Shown: positions 36,602 to 48,292, numbered from the stretch's first letter. The stretch is DNA of 60,411 nucleotides from an uncultured Gammaproteobacteria bacterium (GCA_964572175.1 CAZNEH010000004.1:1-60411), one strand, 5' to 3'. A program made the numbers and translations. Notes: generated by a model from the letters alone, not told the origin.

Positions 36602-39600
36602 ATGAAAATCTGGAGGAAGATATTTTTCGTAATAATCGCTTTTTTTAGTCTGGGCTTATTAAGTCCAGCTTATGCTCAATTTGGAGAAGAACTTGGAGAG
36701 AATATCGAGCTAGGAAATACTAGTCCTTTAGATTTAGCTATTAATATTATTAATTGGGCTTTAGGTATTTTAGCCCTAGTCGCTGTAGTTATTATTTTAT
36801 ACGGCGGATTTGTTTGGCTTACTTCTGCTGGAAATGAAGAGCGCCTTGCCCAAGCCAAGAGAATTTTAAGAAATGGGGTTATTGGTCTAGTTATTATTTT
36901 ATCTGCTTGGGGCATTACCTATTATGTCCTCAACACTTTATTAGATTTAACTGGCGGTGAAGTTACAACTACTACTGGCGGAGGTCCAGGTGACGGAGTT
37001 GGTGGAACCAGCAATTTTTATATTACAGCCGTTGATCCTAACGACGCTGAAGAAGACGTTAGTCTTTGTCATATTATTCAGGTTTTCTTTAACCTAGAAG
37101 TAGTTGAATCTACTGTTACTACCGACAATTTCTGTGTTTACCCAGAAGGGTCCACTTGCGAAGATGGAGTCACTGGTGATTTTGCCTTTCCAGAAAGTGG
37201 TCAAGGATTTGTTTTTTACCCAGACGAAGATTATTTAGCTAGTACGGTTTATCATGTTGAGTTAACTACTGATATCCAGGGTGTTGATGAAGATTTAGTT
37301 GCTTATGCTCTAGGATATACTGACCCTTACTTAGATTTTAGTTTCACCACTGGCACAGAAACAGACACCGTTCCTCCTTATGTAGATGTTACTGATTTTA
37401 CCCCAATTCCAGCTGATGGAGACGACGATGCCTGTTTAAATACAGTTATTAAGGTTACTTTTTCTGAAAGTTTAGACTCTGCCTCTTTAAACGATGAAAA
37501 CGTCTGGCTTTATAATGGTTCTACTCCTTCAGACGAGTTAGACGTTCAATATATTGCCACCATGAATAGAGGGGGGTCAACTGCGGATACTCTTTATACT
37601 TATCCCGAAACAACTTTAACTGCTTTTACAGATTATGGTTTATCTTTATATAGTGGAGACGCTGATGGTGTGGGCGCAATTAAAGATACTTGCGGTAATC
37701 CTTTAGATGGCGATTACGATGGTACTGCTGAAGGCTCTACCGAAGATGACTTTATTGATCCTGCTGACGCTGCGGCTACTATTAATGGAGATTGGGTCTA
37801 TCCTTGGAATTTTACCACTGGAGAAAATGCTAGTTGTGTACCCGTAATAGATAGCTTCACTCCTTCTTCTGGTTATTATAATGATTCAGTTACTATTTCT
37901 GGTTTATATCTAGACCAATATACAGATATTAATTTTCATAATGGAATTTCCGCGGCTACGACTAGCTGTTTTGATGCTGATTATCAAGTAACTAGCGGGT
38001 GTATTGTAGACGATTCTTCAGACGAGACTTTAATTGTTCAAACTCCAGTCGCTTCTCAAACCGGGCAGCTTTCTGTCGAGGGCCCAGATGGAACTGGAAC
38101 CTCTGCTTCTGATTATACTGTTAGCAGTCCTTATGTTTCTCGCTTATCTCCATCTACTGGTCCAGTTGCCCAGTCTGTAAGTATTAAAGGGGTTAACTTT
38201 GGAGATTATGACCCAACTGTAGAAGGGTCTACTCGAGGAACTGTTTACTTTAGAGATTTTGTTAGCGGCACCGATTTAGTAGCTGACTTTCCTTGTGATG
38301 ACGGTTGGGACGATACTCAAATCATTGTCACTGTTCCAGAGGGCGTTGATCTTTTAGGAGATTTAAATGTGCAAGTAGTTACCTCTGATAGTTATTATAG
38401 TAATTATCGAGATTTTACTTATGAAGATGGCACTCCTGGTCCCACTCTTTGTGAAATAAATCCATCTTGTTCTGAGGATGGAAATGAAAATATTTATTTA
38501 TCTGGAGTAGGACTTAGTGATGCTCAGGGCTATTCTTATTTTTATAACTATAGCTTAGATACGTCTGCCGAGGCTAATATCTCTGCTTGGGACTCTGCGA
38601 CTGGCGACATTACTTTAACTAGCGCTCCTTCCGCATACATTAGTACCTTAGGAGAATTTAATGTCGTTACTCAAAATAATGACGGCTCAGAATCTAATGG
38701 TCTGGACTTTGAAATGCCTTGTACTGATGCGCCTAATGTTGTTCAAACTAGTTCTTGCCGTCCAGACGAAGATGCTTTCCCACTTCCTAATCCTTATTTA
38801 AACGAAGATGAAGCCTGTCGAAACTCCGCCGTGATTGTTGGTTTTGACCAGGCTATGAATGAAGATACTTTTACCTCTGACAACATTGCTATTTACAAAT
38901 GTTCTTCAGACGAAAGTTACGACAGCACTACTTGTGATACTACTAATTTATTAACCACCAGTTTAATTGATGAGGATTATGTTACCTCTGGTGATTACGA
39001 TGGATTTAAAATAGAAAATTTTGGTTTTGAGGCCAGCTATTGGTATCAAGTCAATTTAAGTACCAATGTTTTAGCCGATACTGGTGTAGGCTTAACTTCT
39101 GATTATTCTTGGCAATTTAGAATTCGTGAACTAGATGAAGATTGCGAGGCTGATTATGTAAACCTATCTCAAAGTCATCGCGACTTTAATACTTTCGACC
39201 AATTAAGTTTTGATACTAGTGATTATACTTCTTGGCAAGATTTTGCCGCCTCTCCTTATACTGTCGAGTGTATTGTCTTAAATAGTGGGGCAACTTCTTG
39301 GGTAATCTCTGATGCTGAAGATACTGACACAGCCACTACTAATGAAATAGTTTCTTTTAACAACGATCTTACTTTAAGTGCTTCCGAGACCACCTCTAAC
39401 GGAGACAATAATATTTACATGATGGGAGACACCGACGATGTTAATGAAGGAAGTATTTATTTACGAGCTACAGTTGATGGCGGGGCTTATGATACTGCTC
39501 CGGTTAGTGTGGATTTTGGTTATTGCGAGACTACCGCTGCTTGTGAATCTATTTGTCCTGGCTCAACTTGTGACCTGGAAGCCCATAAATGTTTACCAGT

Positions 39601-42600
39601 TGTTAATAGAGTTTCCCCAGATGACGGAGGAGAAGGAAGCTGTGTTACTATTTCCGGTTGTTTCTTTGGAAATGAACAAGGCGATGGAGAAGTTTATTTA
39701 AACGATTCTAACGAATTTAGTTATCCAGTTAATCCAAATTGTGATTCTTGGGAAGACGAGCAGATCGTAGCTAAAGTTCCTAACCTGGCTACCGGAGAAT
39801 ATACTTTAACAGTTCATTCTGCTTATGGAGTAGATACTGCTTCTGGCACTGCTTTCGAAGTTAATGAAGAAGAAAGACCTTGTCTATGTTCTGCCGAGCC
39901 TAATCAAGGTGAAGAAGGTGGAGACGTTATATTATATGGAGAAGATTTTGGTTTATATACCGAAGGAACTTCTGCGGTAAGTTTTTACTCTCCTTCTAGC
40001 AGGGTATCAGCTACTATTGACGATGATGAAGCCGGGCTACCAGACTGGCAAGATGATGCTATTGATACTTCTATTCCCGCTGGATCAACCACTGGCTTAG
40101 CGGAAGATGGGAACGACGGAGTTTACATGGTTGATTCCAATGGAACCGCTAGTAATCCTCTTGATTTTTCTGTAACTTGTAATCAAAATTCTGATTGTGG
40201 AACTGGTTGTTGTAACGAGGGAGTTTGTTCTGATACTTCAGTTTGTAATGCTTGTTATGATCAACAAGATTGTACTGATGAATATGCTGGTTGCTATGGA
40301 GATTGTGTAGAAGGAACTTGCGAGCCTTATATCGCTTCTGTTTCTCCAGATGCTGGAGACACTGGTCAGCCAGTAACTCTTTCAGGTTGTTATTTTGGTG
40401 AACCAGGGACTGTTTCTTTTGATGAAGACGAGGCTGGTCTTCTATGCGGCAGCTCTTGGTCTAATATTGAAATAATTGCTGAAACTCCAGATAGTGCTAA
40501 TTGGGGCTCTGATTCATTGGCTAATGTTTCTTTAACTAATGATGGGGCTCTAACTAGTAATAGCATTGAATTTGATTTAGATAATTCTTGTACTGGCTAT
40601 GCCTACCCAATTTTATGTGAATTATATGATGATAATACTAACAATCCTTACGGACCATATGAAGGAGATTTATGGTTTGAAGGAGAAAATTTTGCAGACT
40701 TAGATGAGCAATATTGTTTATGTTCAAATACAGATTCAGATGAAACTTGTTCTGTAGCCGTTGGTAACGATACTTGTAGCGGAGATAATACTTGTACTTT
40801 AGACGCAGTTTGTACCGAAAACAGAGAAGACTATGATAGTACTACTGAAACTTGTGCTTGTTATAATGATGCGGAAGAATTAGTTTGTGCTGTGGTTGAA
40901 GACGAGTCTAGCTGTGATTATGAATTTGAATGTGAAATGACCTCTAATTGTGAAACCGATTCTGATACTTATCAAAGCGTGGGTGGATATATAGATTATC
41001 CTGGTTCAGGATTATTCTCTGATACTGATTATGCCGCTGCTTATTTAGGCCGAGGGCCAACACAATTAGATACTCAGGTTCCAGCTTATGACTCTGGAGC
41101 TACTTCTGGAGATGTTTATGTTGGTACCCAAGACACAGACAGTGGACAATCTTGTAATTCAAATGGTTTAAATTTTGATATTACTTGTTCTAGTTGTAGT
41201 GATGTTCCAGATGGACAGCATTGTGACCTTTCTTATGGCGAAGGAGAGTATGGCCGAGCTACATCACTAGCCAGTGGTTATTGCCAAGATTATCCAGATT
41301 CTTGTTGTGGGAGTACTGGTTGTGTAATTGATGAAACAACTAGTCTAGGAACCTGTACCGAGCGTCCATCTATTGTCTCTGTAGCTCCAGCGGATAGCGC
41401 TACAGATATTTGTTTAAATGCCGCAGTCAGTGTAACCTTTTCTGAATACATGACTTATTCTGGTAATATTGGAGCAAGCGAACATATTAATTTGAAAGTC
41501 GGTGGTATTAGTGGAGCTGAGGTTGATACCGTGGTCACTACCACAGACGACACTACTTTTACTCTAACCATGGCTGATGGTTCTGCTTTAAGTGGGAACA
41601 CTACTTATTATATAGAAGTGATTAGCAGTCCTAGCGACGAAACTGGTATGGTTAGTACTGATTCTGGTTTAGCCGTAGATCAAGAACGAACTTATTATAC
41701 TTCTTTTACCACTGCTAACACTGCTGACGCTTGTCCTATTGATGTGGTTGAAATCGAAGCTACCTCTTCCACTTTCTCAGACGCTGGATATATTTTAAAT
41801 TATGAAGGTGAAACCCAAAACTTAAAAGCAGTTGCTTATTCAGACGATGACGATACTTGTATTTGTCAATCTGGAGTGGAAAGCTGTGAAGTAGCTCTTG
41901 GGGATGAAGAATGTTACTTTGATGATGGTACTGCTTGTGAATTAACAGATGGTCATTGTAATATCTCCTCTAGTACTTATGATGATAATAAAGAAGAGTT
42001 AAGATCAATTGAAGATTATTATTCTTGGGTCTGGTCTTGGTCTCCAGATTATAACGAGACCCCAGCCTCAGACGCGGATTGTGATATTTCTGGAATTTAC
42101 ACTTCAGCCGAAGGGTACGACGCTACCGACGAAACTCAAACTGTAATCGCTGGCTCTACTGAAGGAGACATGTCTATTACCGCTACTGCCACCGCATCTT
42201 ATGGATGGGGTCCAGATTCTGTAGACGGACATGAAACTATTTATGTGGACTTTTGCCCCGACGGATATTCTTGGTCATATTATGACTCTAAATACAGACT
42301 TAGATTAAAATACTGTCGTAGCGATGAAGGGGATAGCGACACTGCTTTACCAGCCTTACAAGAAGAGCCCACCGTAATCGAAGTTGGCTCAGACGCAATG
42401 TACGAATTATTATTTACTTTCGAGTCTGATTCTGGAAACGAAGACGCTATTGGTTTAAGAGTTTACCCAAACAATATTGAAGACACCAACACTACTCATA
42501 TCGATGCTGTTTCTCCAGAGTTATGGTATCAAACTTTCTTTGAGTCAGAAGACAGTGTTTCTACAACCACGATTGATGGATGGCCAGCAGCTCAGGTTGG

Positions 42601-43237
42601 ACGCTCCACTTACATTGCTGCTGCTAATCAGTATCGTGGCAACATCTATCCAAATATTTACTTACTATCCTATAGTCAAGACGCTTCTGCTGATACTCAA
42701 AGTGTCGTTAGCGAGATTTTAAATAATATTAAAATTTCCACCAACGTAGACAGTGCTTGTGGTGGAGACGACTCTGATAAGCAAGACTTAATCCGCGACA
42801 CCGAACGCCTTACTGAAATCGGAACCATGGCTTATTACCTTGGTCAATACTACGATACTAATTCTAGTTTCCCAGCCTTAACTACTGGTTCTTATATCCA
42901 GGGAATGTCTACCTCTAAATGGCCTTCTTGGCAAGCAACCCTAGCTAATGATCTGGGATATGCCTCACCAGAAGATCCTTATAATACTTTTGATGACGAT
43001 TCTTGTACTTCTGATCTTTACGAAACCGACACTTGTTGGAATGATACGGATAAGACATTTAGCGGAGTAGGTGATTATTATCTTTATATTTCTGATGGCT
43101 CTACTTATGATTTATACGCTAACTTAGAATATACTGATGGAAATTGGGATAGCACGGTTTCAGACCCATGTACCAGTCCCTCTACTTGTGATAGTTTTAA
43201 TTATCAATTAAATTCTTCAACATATGAAGCCTTATAA
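36602..43237 (+). CDS. Giant acidic surface protein: VirB2/TrbC-like pilin N-terminus, Ig-like and IPT/TIG repeats, Cys-rich segments
   Basis: 'YGGFVWLTSAGNEE...AKRIL..GVIGLVII'; repeated 'P.I..(V)SP..G..G..VTI.G..FG' and 'W....I...VP'; ATG at 36602. Confidence 0.75.
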   Translation: MKIWRKIFFVIIAFFSLGLLSPAYAQFGEELGENIELGNTSPLDLAINIINWALGILALVAVVIILYGGFVWLTSAGNEERLAQAKRILRNGVIGLVIILSAWGITYYVLNTLLDLTGGEVTTTTGGGPGDGVGGTSNFYITAVDPNDAEEDVSLCHIIQVFFNLEVVESTVTTDNFCVYPEGSTCEDGVTGDFAFPESGQGFVFYPDEDYLASTVYHVELTTDIQGVDEDLVAYALGYTDPYLDFSFTTGTETDTVPPYVDVTDFTPIPADGDDDACLNTVIKVTFSESLDSASLNDENVWLYNGSTPSDELDVQYIATMNRGGSTADTLYTYPETTLTAFTDYGLSLYSGDADGVGAIKDTCGNPLDGDYDGTAEGSTEDDFIDPADAAATINGDWVYPWNFTTGENASCVPVIDSFTPSSGYYNDSVTISGLYLDQYTDINFHNGISAATTSCFDADYQVTSGCIVDDSSDETLIVQTPVASQTGQLSVEGPDGTGTSASDYTVSSPYVSRLSPSTGPVAQSVSIKGVNFGDYDPTVEGSTRGTVYFRDFVSGTDLVADFPCDDGWDDTQIIVTVPEGVDLLGDLNVQVVTSDSYYSNYRDFTYEDGTPGPTLCEINPSCSEDGNENIYLSGVGLSDAQGYSYFYNYSLDTSAEANISAWDSATGDITLTSAPSAYISTLGEFNVVTQNNDGSESNGLDFEMPCTDAPNVVQTSSCRPDEDAFPLPNPYLNEDEACRNSAVIVGFDQAMNEDTFTSDNIAIYKCSSDESYDSTTCDTTNLLTTSLIDEDYVTSGDYDGFKIENFGFEASYWYQVNLSTNVLADTGVGLTSDYSWQFRIRELDEDCEADYVNLSQSHRDFNTFDQLSFDTSDYTSWQDFAASPYTVECIVLNSGATSWVISDAEDTDTATTNEIVSFNNDLTLSASETTSNGDNNIYMMGDTDDVNEGSIYLRATVDGGAYDTAPVSVDFGYCETTAACESICPGSTCDLEAHKCLPVVNRVSPDDGGEGSCVTISGCFFGNEQGDGEVYLNDSNEFSYPVNPNCDSWEDEQIVAKVPNLATGEYTLTVHSAYGVDTASGTAFEVNEEERPCLCSAEPNQGEEGGDVILYGEDFGLYTEGTSAVSFYSPSSRVSATIDDDEAGLPDWQDDAIDTSIPAGSTTGLAEDGNDGVYMVDSNGTASNPLDFSVTCNQNSDCGTGCCNEGVCSDTSVCNACYDQQDCTDEYAGCYGDCVEGTCEPYIASVSPDAGDTGQPVTLSGCYFGEPGTVSFDEDEAGLLCGSSWSNIEIIAETPDSANWGSDSLANVSLTNDGALTSNSIEFDLDNSCTGYAYPILCELYDDNTNNPYGPYEGDLWFEGENFADLDEQYCLCSNTDSDETCSVAVGNDTCSGDNTCTLDAVCTENREDYDSTTETCACYNDAEELVCAVVEDESSCDYEFECEMTSNCETDSDTYQSVGGYIDYPGSGLFSDTDYAAAYLGRGPTQLDTQVPAYDSGATSGDVYVGTQDTDSGQSCNSNGLNFDITCSSCSDVPDGQHCDLSYGEGEYGRATSLASGYCQDYPDSCCGSTGCVIDETTSLGTCTERPSIVSVAPADSATDICLNAAVSVTFSEYMTYSGNIGASEHINLKVGGISGAEVDTVVTTTDDTTFTLTMADGSALSGNTTYYIEVISSPSDETGMVSTDSGLAVDQERTYYTSFTTANTADACPIDVVEIEATSSTFSDAGYILNYEGETQNLKAVAYSDDDDTCICQSGVESCEVALGDEECYFDDGTACELTDGHCNISSSTYDDNKEELRSIEDYYSWVWSWSPDYNETPASDADCDISGIYTSAEGYDATDETQTVIAGSTEGDMSITATATASYGWGPDSVDGHETIYVDFCPDGYSWSYYDSKYRLRLKYCRSDEGDSDTALPALQEEPTVIEVGSDAMYELLFTFESDSGNEDAIGLRVYPNNIEDTNTTHIDAVSPELWYQTFFESEDSVSTTTIDGWPAAQVGRSTYIAAANQYRGNIYPNIYLLSYSQDASADTQSVVSEILNNIKISTNVDSACGGDDSDKQDLIRDTERLTEIGTMAYYLGQYYDTNSSFPALTTGSYIQGMSTSKWPSWQATLANDLGYASPEDPYNTFDDDSCTSDLYETDTCWNDTDKTFSGVGDYYLYISDGSTYDLYANLEYTDGNWDSTVSDPCTSPSTCDSFNYQLNSSTYEAL

Positions 43238-43865
43238 TCCACAATTAGAACCAGAGGTAGAAGATATCTTTGATCAAGGTGGTCCTGCCCCAGTAACTCC
43301 TACTCCTCCTGCTCCACAACCTCGTCCCATGCCCCAACCACAGCCACAGCCACAGCCAGTGGAGACTCCTCCAGAGCCAGAATATGAATATCGTGAGCGT
43401 TTTTACCAAACCACCTCTGGTAAAATAGCCAGTGTTGTTATAATTATTCTAGTTTTAGCTATAGTAACCACTATTCTATATAAATACACTCCAGTATTTG
43501 ATTTCTTAAATCAAGAAGAAGTAGCCGAAGAAGTAAATACCAATACCCCAGAAGTAAATTTAAATACCACTCCTATAGAATATCCTTTAATAGATAATAC
43601 CTCTCCAGAAGAAGACTCAGACGGAGACGGATTAACAGATATTAGTGAAACTAATGAATATAAAACAGATCCTAATAAAATTGACACAGATAGCGATGGT
43701 CTTACAGATAGGGAGGAGGTAAAAGTTTATCTTACTGATCCTTTAGACGCCGACACCGATGGAGATGGCTATTCAGATGGCGTCGAAGTGTCTAGATTTT
43801 TTAATCCTTTAGGAACTGGAAAATTACTAAACCTTAACAAAGCAATAAACGAATTAAATGAATAA
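43224..43865 (+). CDS. Pro-rich TM protein with DxDxDG calcium-binding repeats
   Basis: DSDGDGLTD, DTDSDGLTD, DTDGDGYSDG. Confidence 0.75.
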   Translation: MKPYNPQLEPEVEDIFDQGGPAPVTPTPPAPQPRPMPQPQPQPQPVETPPEPEYEYRERFYQTTSGKIASVVIIILVLAIVTTILYKYTPVFDFLNQEEVAEEVNTNTPEVNLNTTPIEYPLIDNTSPEEDSDGDGLTDISETNEYKTDPNKIDTDSDGLTDREEVKVYLTDPLDADTDGDGYSDGVEVSRFFNPLGTGKLLNLNKAINELNE

Positions 43866-44895
43866 CCAAGATCCCAACATTCACACCATGCCAGAAAAAT
43901 TTATGCCTGGAGATGGTAAGCAAGCCCCTCAACAAACTTCTCCCAAACCAAGCGGCAAGCTTAAAAGATTTTTACCTTTAATTATAATTATTATTTTATT
44001 AGTAATCATTATTGGCGGTGTTTCTTTTTACTTATTTTTTACCTTACAAGATCAACAATCAGATCCAGTCACTATTCCAGTAAATGAAAATACTAATGTC
44101 GTAGTTGTTAATGAGAATGAAAATACCAATGAAAACGAAAATGTCAATACCAACGAAAATGTCAACGTTAATACAAATACTAATCTAAACACAAATACTA
44201 ATACTAACGCTAATTTAAATCTAAATTTACCAACTCAAATTAAAGAATCTGCTGACTCTGATAAAGATCTTTTAACTAATAAAGAAGAAGAGGTTTTAGA
44301 TACAGATGTTAATAGCCCAGACACAGACAGCGACGGTTATATTGATGGCCAAGAGCTTTTAGCAGGCTACAACCCCCTAGGAGCCGGTTCTTTAAGCGAG
44401 GCTGAAAGTATTTTAACTCTTTATCAAAACACCGCTTTTCCATACGAAGTTCTTTACCCTTCTGTTTGGAATGTTGACTCCCTAGATCAAGAGCAGCGAA
44501 CAGTTTTATTTACTTCTGACACTGGTGAGTTTATGGAAATTACAGTTAGTGATAACCCAGAATCACAAACTCCTAGTAAGTGGTACACAGAATTATACCC
44601 AGATGTAAAAGCTAAGAACTTGACCAAGGTAAACACTTTAGATGAGTCTCTAAGCGGTATTAAGAGTCTTCAGGGATACACTATTTACTACTCTGATGAT
44701 AATTATATTTATTCTATCACTTATAACTTTGGCACCAAAACAGAAATTAACTTTAACAATATCTTTGAAATGATGTACTTGAATTTTGCCATTAACCCAG
44801 ATTTCGAACCAGTTACTGAAGAAATTGATACCAATACAAACGAAAATACAAATACAAACACCAATCTTAACCAAAATACTAACTACGCTTTATAA
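43858..44895 (+). CDS. TM protein with Asn-rich linker and DxDxDG repeats
   Basis: NTN/NEN repeats; DSDKDLL, DTDSDGYIDG. Confidence 0.7.
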   Translation: MNNQDPNIHTMPEKFMPGDGKQAPQQTSPKPSGKLKRFLPLIIIIILLVIIIGGVSFYLFFTLQDQQSDPVTIPVNENTNVVVVNENENTNENENVNTNENVNVNTNTNLNTNTNTNANLNLNLPTQIKESADSDKDLLTNKEEEVLDTDVNSPDTDSDGYIDGQELLAGYNPLGAGSLSEAESILTLYQNTAFPYEVLYPSVWNVDSLDQEQRTVLFTSDTGEFMEITVSDNPESQTPSKWYTELYPDVKAKNLTKVNTLDESLSGIKSLQGYTIYYSDDNYIYSITYNFGTKTEINFNNIFEMMYLNFAINPDFEPVTEEIDTNTNENTNTNTNLNQNTNYAL

Positions 44896-45266
44896 TGAAA
44901 ATAGAGGTTAATAAAAAAGTAAAATCTCCTTTATCTGAGAAAAAAATAGTTGCCATTCTGAAAAAAGCAATGAAAAACAAAAAATGGGAGGTTTCTTTAG
45001 GGGTGGTTGGTCCAGCAGCTATAAAAAAATTCAATCAATCATACAGAAAGAAAAATAAATCTACCGACGTGTTGTCATTTAAGTACGAGTCTTATCAAGG
45101 AGAAATAGTTATTTGCCCTAGTTATGTGAATCATGATAAACAAAAAATGGCTCGAATGATTATCCACGGAGCTTTACATCTCCAGGGATACGATCATAAG
45201 ACTAGGACAGGGGAGGAGAAAATGCGTAAACAAGAAGATAAAATACTAAACCATGTTAAATTTTAA
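44895..45266 (+). CDS. ybeY: rRNA maturation RNase YbeY
   Basis: TDVLSF, HGALHLQGYDH. Confidence 0.92.
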   Translation: MKIEVNKKVKSPLSEKKIVAILKKAMKNKKWEVSLGVVGPAAIKKFNQSYRKKNKSTDVLSFKYESYQGEIVICPSYVNHDKQKMARMIIHGALHLQGYDHKTRTGEEKMRKQEDKILNHVKF

Positions 45267-45618
45267 AAAATTACTCAACAGTTTCAAGTTTGCCTTAAAA
45301 GGAGTGCGCTATGTTTTTAAAAATGAACAAAATTTTAGAATCCAGATCTTTATTGGGATCCTAGTCTTAATCTTTATGATTTTACTACCTGTAGAAAACT
45401 GGCAAATCATTACTCTTTTACTCATGATCACCATGGTTTTGGTTCTAGAAATCATTAATACTATCTTTGAAAAAATCGTTGATTTATTAAAACCCAGGCT
45501 TCATAGCTATGTTGAAGTTATTAAAGACATGATGTCTGCGGCCGTGTTAATGGCCTCTTTAGTCGCTTCTATTATTGGATTGTTGATATTTGTTCCTTAT
45601 ATACTGGATTTATTTTGA
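45253..45618 (+). CDS. dgkA: Diacylglycerol/undecaprenol kinase
   Basis: SFKFA..G, E.NFRI, EIINT.FE..VD, KDM. Confidence 0.88.
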   Translation: MLNFKKLLNSFKFALKGVRYVFKNEQNFRIQIFIGILVLIFMILLPVENWQIITLLLMITMVLVLEIINTIFEKIVDLLKPRLHSYVEVIKDMMSAAVLMASLVASIIGLLIFVPYILDLF

Positions 45619-45640
45619 TTTATAATATATAATATTACAT

Positions 45641-46882
45641 ATGGCAAAAGAAGAAATAATTGCTGGGTTAGACATTGGTTCTACTACTATCAGAGTAGCT
45701 GTTGGGCAAGTTAGCCCTCAAGACGGAAGTGTTCATATTATTGGCGCTGCCGAACAACCCTCAGAAGGAATATCAAAAGGAGAAATTACCAGTATTGAAG
45801 ATGCTGTTTCTTCGATTTCTGCTGCTTTAGAAAAAGCTGAACGAATGACTGGCGTACCTATTGAGCAAGCTTTAGTTAGTATTAACGGGGCCCATGTTAT
45901 TTCCCAGGAAAGCCACGGCGTAGTTGCTGTAGCTAAAGCCGATGGAGAAGTTAAAGAAGATGATGTTGAAAGAGTAATCGAAGCCGCTCAAACTGTAGCC
46001 ACTCCTCCAAATTACGAAATTTTACATGTTATTCCTCGTAGCTTTACTGTCGATAACCAAAAGGGGATTAAAGACCCTGTGGGCATGACCGGAATTAAAT
46101 TAGAAGTAGATGCCCAGATTATTTTAGGCTTATCCTCTCAAATTAAGAATTTAACTAAGTGTATTTATCGCACTGGCGTAGATATTGAAGATTTAGTAGT
46201 CAATGCTTTAGCTGCCTCTGAAAGCGTTTTAACTAAGCGTCAAAAGGATCTAGGCGTTGCTTTAATCAATATGGGCGGTTTAACCACTAGTTTAATGGTT
46301 TTTGAAGAAGGCGATGTTATGCATACTAAGATTTTTCCTATTGGCTCTGATTACTTAACTTACGATATTGGTTATGCTTTACATGTGCCTGTAGAAGTAG
46401 CTGAAAAAGTAAAAATAGAACACGGAACAGCCTTACCAGACGAGGTTTCTAAAAAAGAACAAATAGATGTTTCTCAAATAGACGAACGAGAAAATATTAC
46501 CACTTCTAAAAAAGAATTATCAGAAATTATCCATGCTCGATTAGAAGAAATTTTCGAAATGGTTAATCAAGAACTTAAAGAAATTGGCCGCAGCGCTCAA
46601 CTTCCAGCCGGCGTAGTACTTACTGGAGGTGGATCAAAACTTCCTGGGGTAGTAGATGTGGCTAAGCAAAATTTCCACCTTTCTGCTTCAGTGGGATATC
46701 CTAAAGAATTAGTAACCGCAATAGACAAAATTAATGACCCAGTTTTCTCTACTGCCATCGGATTGGTTTTATGGGGAGCTGGTCTAGCTAGTAAGCAAGG
46801 CGGCATCTCTTTGGCTAAGTTTTCTAGCGTCGGAGAAGTGACTGATAAGATGAAGGGTTGGTTCAAAGGCTTGATGCCATAG
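45641..46882 (+). CDS. ftsA: Cell division protein FtsA
   Basis: GLDIGS, AEKVK, VVLTGGGSKL; directly upstream of ftsZ. Confidence 0.95.
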   Translation: MAKEEIIAGLDIGSTTIRVAVGQVSPQDGSVHIIGAAEQPSEGISKGEITSIEDAVSSISAALEKAERMTGVPIEQALVSINGAHVISQESHGVVAVAKADGEVKEDDVERVIEAAQTVATPPNYEILHVIPRSFTVDNQKGIKDPVGMTGIKLEVDAQIILGLSSQIKNLTKCIYRTGVDIEDLVVNALAASESVLTKRQKDLGVALINMGGLTTSLMVFEEGDVMHTKIFPIGSDYLTYDIGYALHVPVEVAEKVKIEHGTALPDEVSKKEQIDVSQIDERENITTSKKELSEIIHARLEEIFEMVNQELKEIGRSAQLPAGVVLTGGGSKLPGVVDVAKQNFHLSASVGYPKELVTAIDKINDPVFSTAIGLVLWGAGLASKQGGISLAKFSSVGEVTDKMKGWFKGLMP

Positions 46883-46897
46883 CGGCAATGTTGTAGT

Positions 46898-46931
46898 AAA
46901 AAAATAATCCCGCAAAGCGGGATATTTTTTT
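46898..46931 (+). terminator. Intrinsic terminator after ftsA
   Basis: atcccgc-aaa-gcgggat + T-run. Confidence 0.7.
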
Positions 46932-47051
46932 ACCTGAACACCAATTTTATTCAACAATACTTGACTTATCTGGAGAATAGTTTAAAATAGTAAAGTAATC
47001 AAAACTTCTCAAAAACATTAATAAATCGCTTATATATTGCGAACAAAAATT

Positions 47052-48278
47052 ATGAACAAACAAAGCAAAAAAGGAAAGCACACGGAAGTAAAGCCTGATA
47101 TAGAGACTTTTGCTAAAATTAAGGTCTTAGGAGTAGGGGGATCAGGAAATTCAGCGGTTAATAGAATGATCGATGCTGGATTAAAAGGAGTGGAATTCAT
47201 CGGAGTAAACACCGACTCTCAAGCATTGCATCATTGTCCTGCTTCTCAAAGAATCCATATTGGTAAAACCACTACTCGTGGTCTTGGAGCTGGTATGGAC
47301 CCAGACGTTGGTCTTAAGGCGGCTGAAGAAAGCCAAGAAGAAATCATGGAGCACCTTAAAGGATCAGACATGGTTTTTATTACTTGTGGTCTTGGTGGTG
47401 GAACTGGTTCAGGTGCCGGTCCCTTAATCGCTCAACTTGCTCGGGAAGCTGGAGCTTTAACCGTAGCTGTGGTTACTAAGCCATTTGCTTTTGAAGGAGA
47501 GCAACGAAAACAAATTGCTGATAACGCTTTAGCTAATTTAACTGAACAAGTCGATACTATCATCACTGTTCCTAACGATCGCTTATTACAAATTATTGAC
47601 AAGAAGACAAGTTTAATCGATGCCTTTAAAACCGTAGACGAAGTTTTACACCAAGGTGTTCAAGGCATCTCTAATTTGATTACTGTCCCTGGTTTAATCA
47701 ACGTTGACTTTGCAGATGTAAAATCTGTGATGGAAAATGCTGGTTCTGCTTTAATGGGAATTGGTCAAGCTGCTGGTGAAAATAGAGCTGTTGAAGCGGC
47801 TAAAGCAGCTATCGACAGTCCTTTACTAGAAATGGCTATTGATGGAGCCAAGGGAATCCTATTTACTATTGCTGGTAGCTCAAACTTAGGAATGTACGAA
47901 GTTAACGAAGCTGCCCGAGTAATTACTGAAAATGCTGACCCTCAAGCTAAAATTATATTTGGTTCTGTAGTTGACGAAGCTTTAGACGATCAAATCAAAG
48001 TAACTGTTATTGCTACCGGATTCGGTGGAAGCGGTCGCCCAACTAAAAAAGTAAAAGCTGCCGCAACTAGTCCATTTGGCGTAGTTACTCCTGAAGCAGC
48101 TAGAGAAGAAGCAGATGATAAAGATACTTTTTCTACTGGTTCTTCCTTTACGGCTAAAGATTTAGGGCAATCCTCTAAGCCTGCTGCTCCGGCAAATAAT
48201 GCTCCAGCTAAAGAAGAGGCTAACGCTGATGAAGAAGATTTAGAAATTCCTGCTTTCATTCGTAAGAAAATGATGTAA
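47052..48278 (+). CDS. ftsZ: Cell division protein FtsZ
   Basis: GVGGSG, GGGTGSG, NVDFAD, C-terminal LEIPAFIR. Confidence 0.97.
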   Translation: MNKQSKKGKHTEVKPDIETFAKIKVLGVGGSGNSAVNRMIDAGLKGVEFIGVNTDSQALHHCPASQRIHIGKTTTRGLGAGMDPDVGLKAAEESQEEIMEHLKGSDMVFITCGLGGGTGSGAGPLIAQLAREAGALTVAVVTKPFAFEGEQRKQIADNALANLTEQVDTIITVPNDRLLQIIDKKTSLIDAFKTVDEVLHQGVQGISNLITVPGLINVDFADVKSVMENAGSALMGIGQAAGENRAVEAAKAAIDSPLLEMAIDGAKGILFTIAGSSNLGMYEVNEAARVITENADPQAKIIFGSVVDEALDDQIKVTVIATGFGGSGRPTKKVKAAATSPFGVVTPEAAREEADDKDTFSTGSSFTAKDLGQSSKPAAPANNAPAKEEANADEEDLEIPAFIRKKMM

Positions 48279-48292
48279 GCTTATATTTATTC

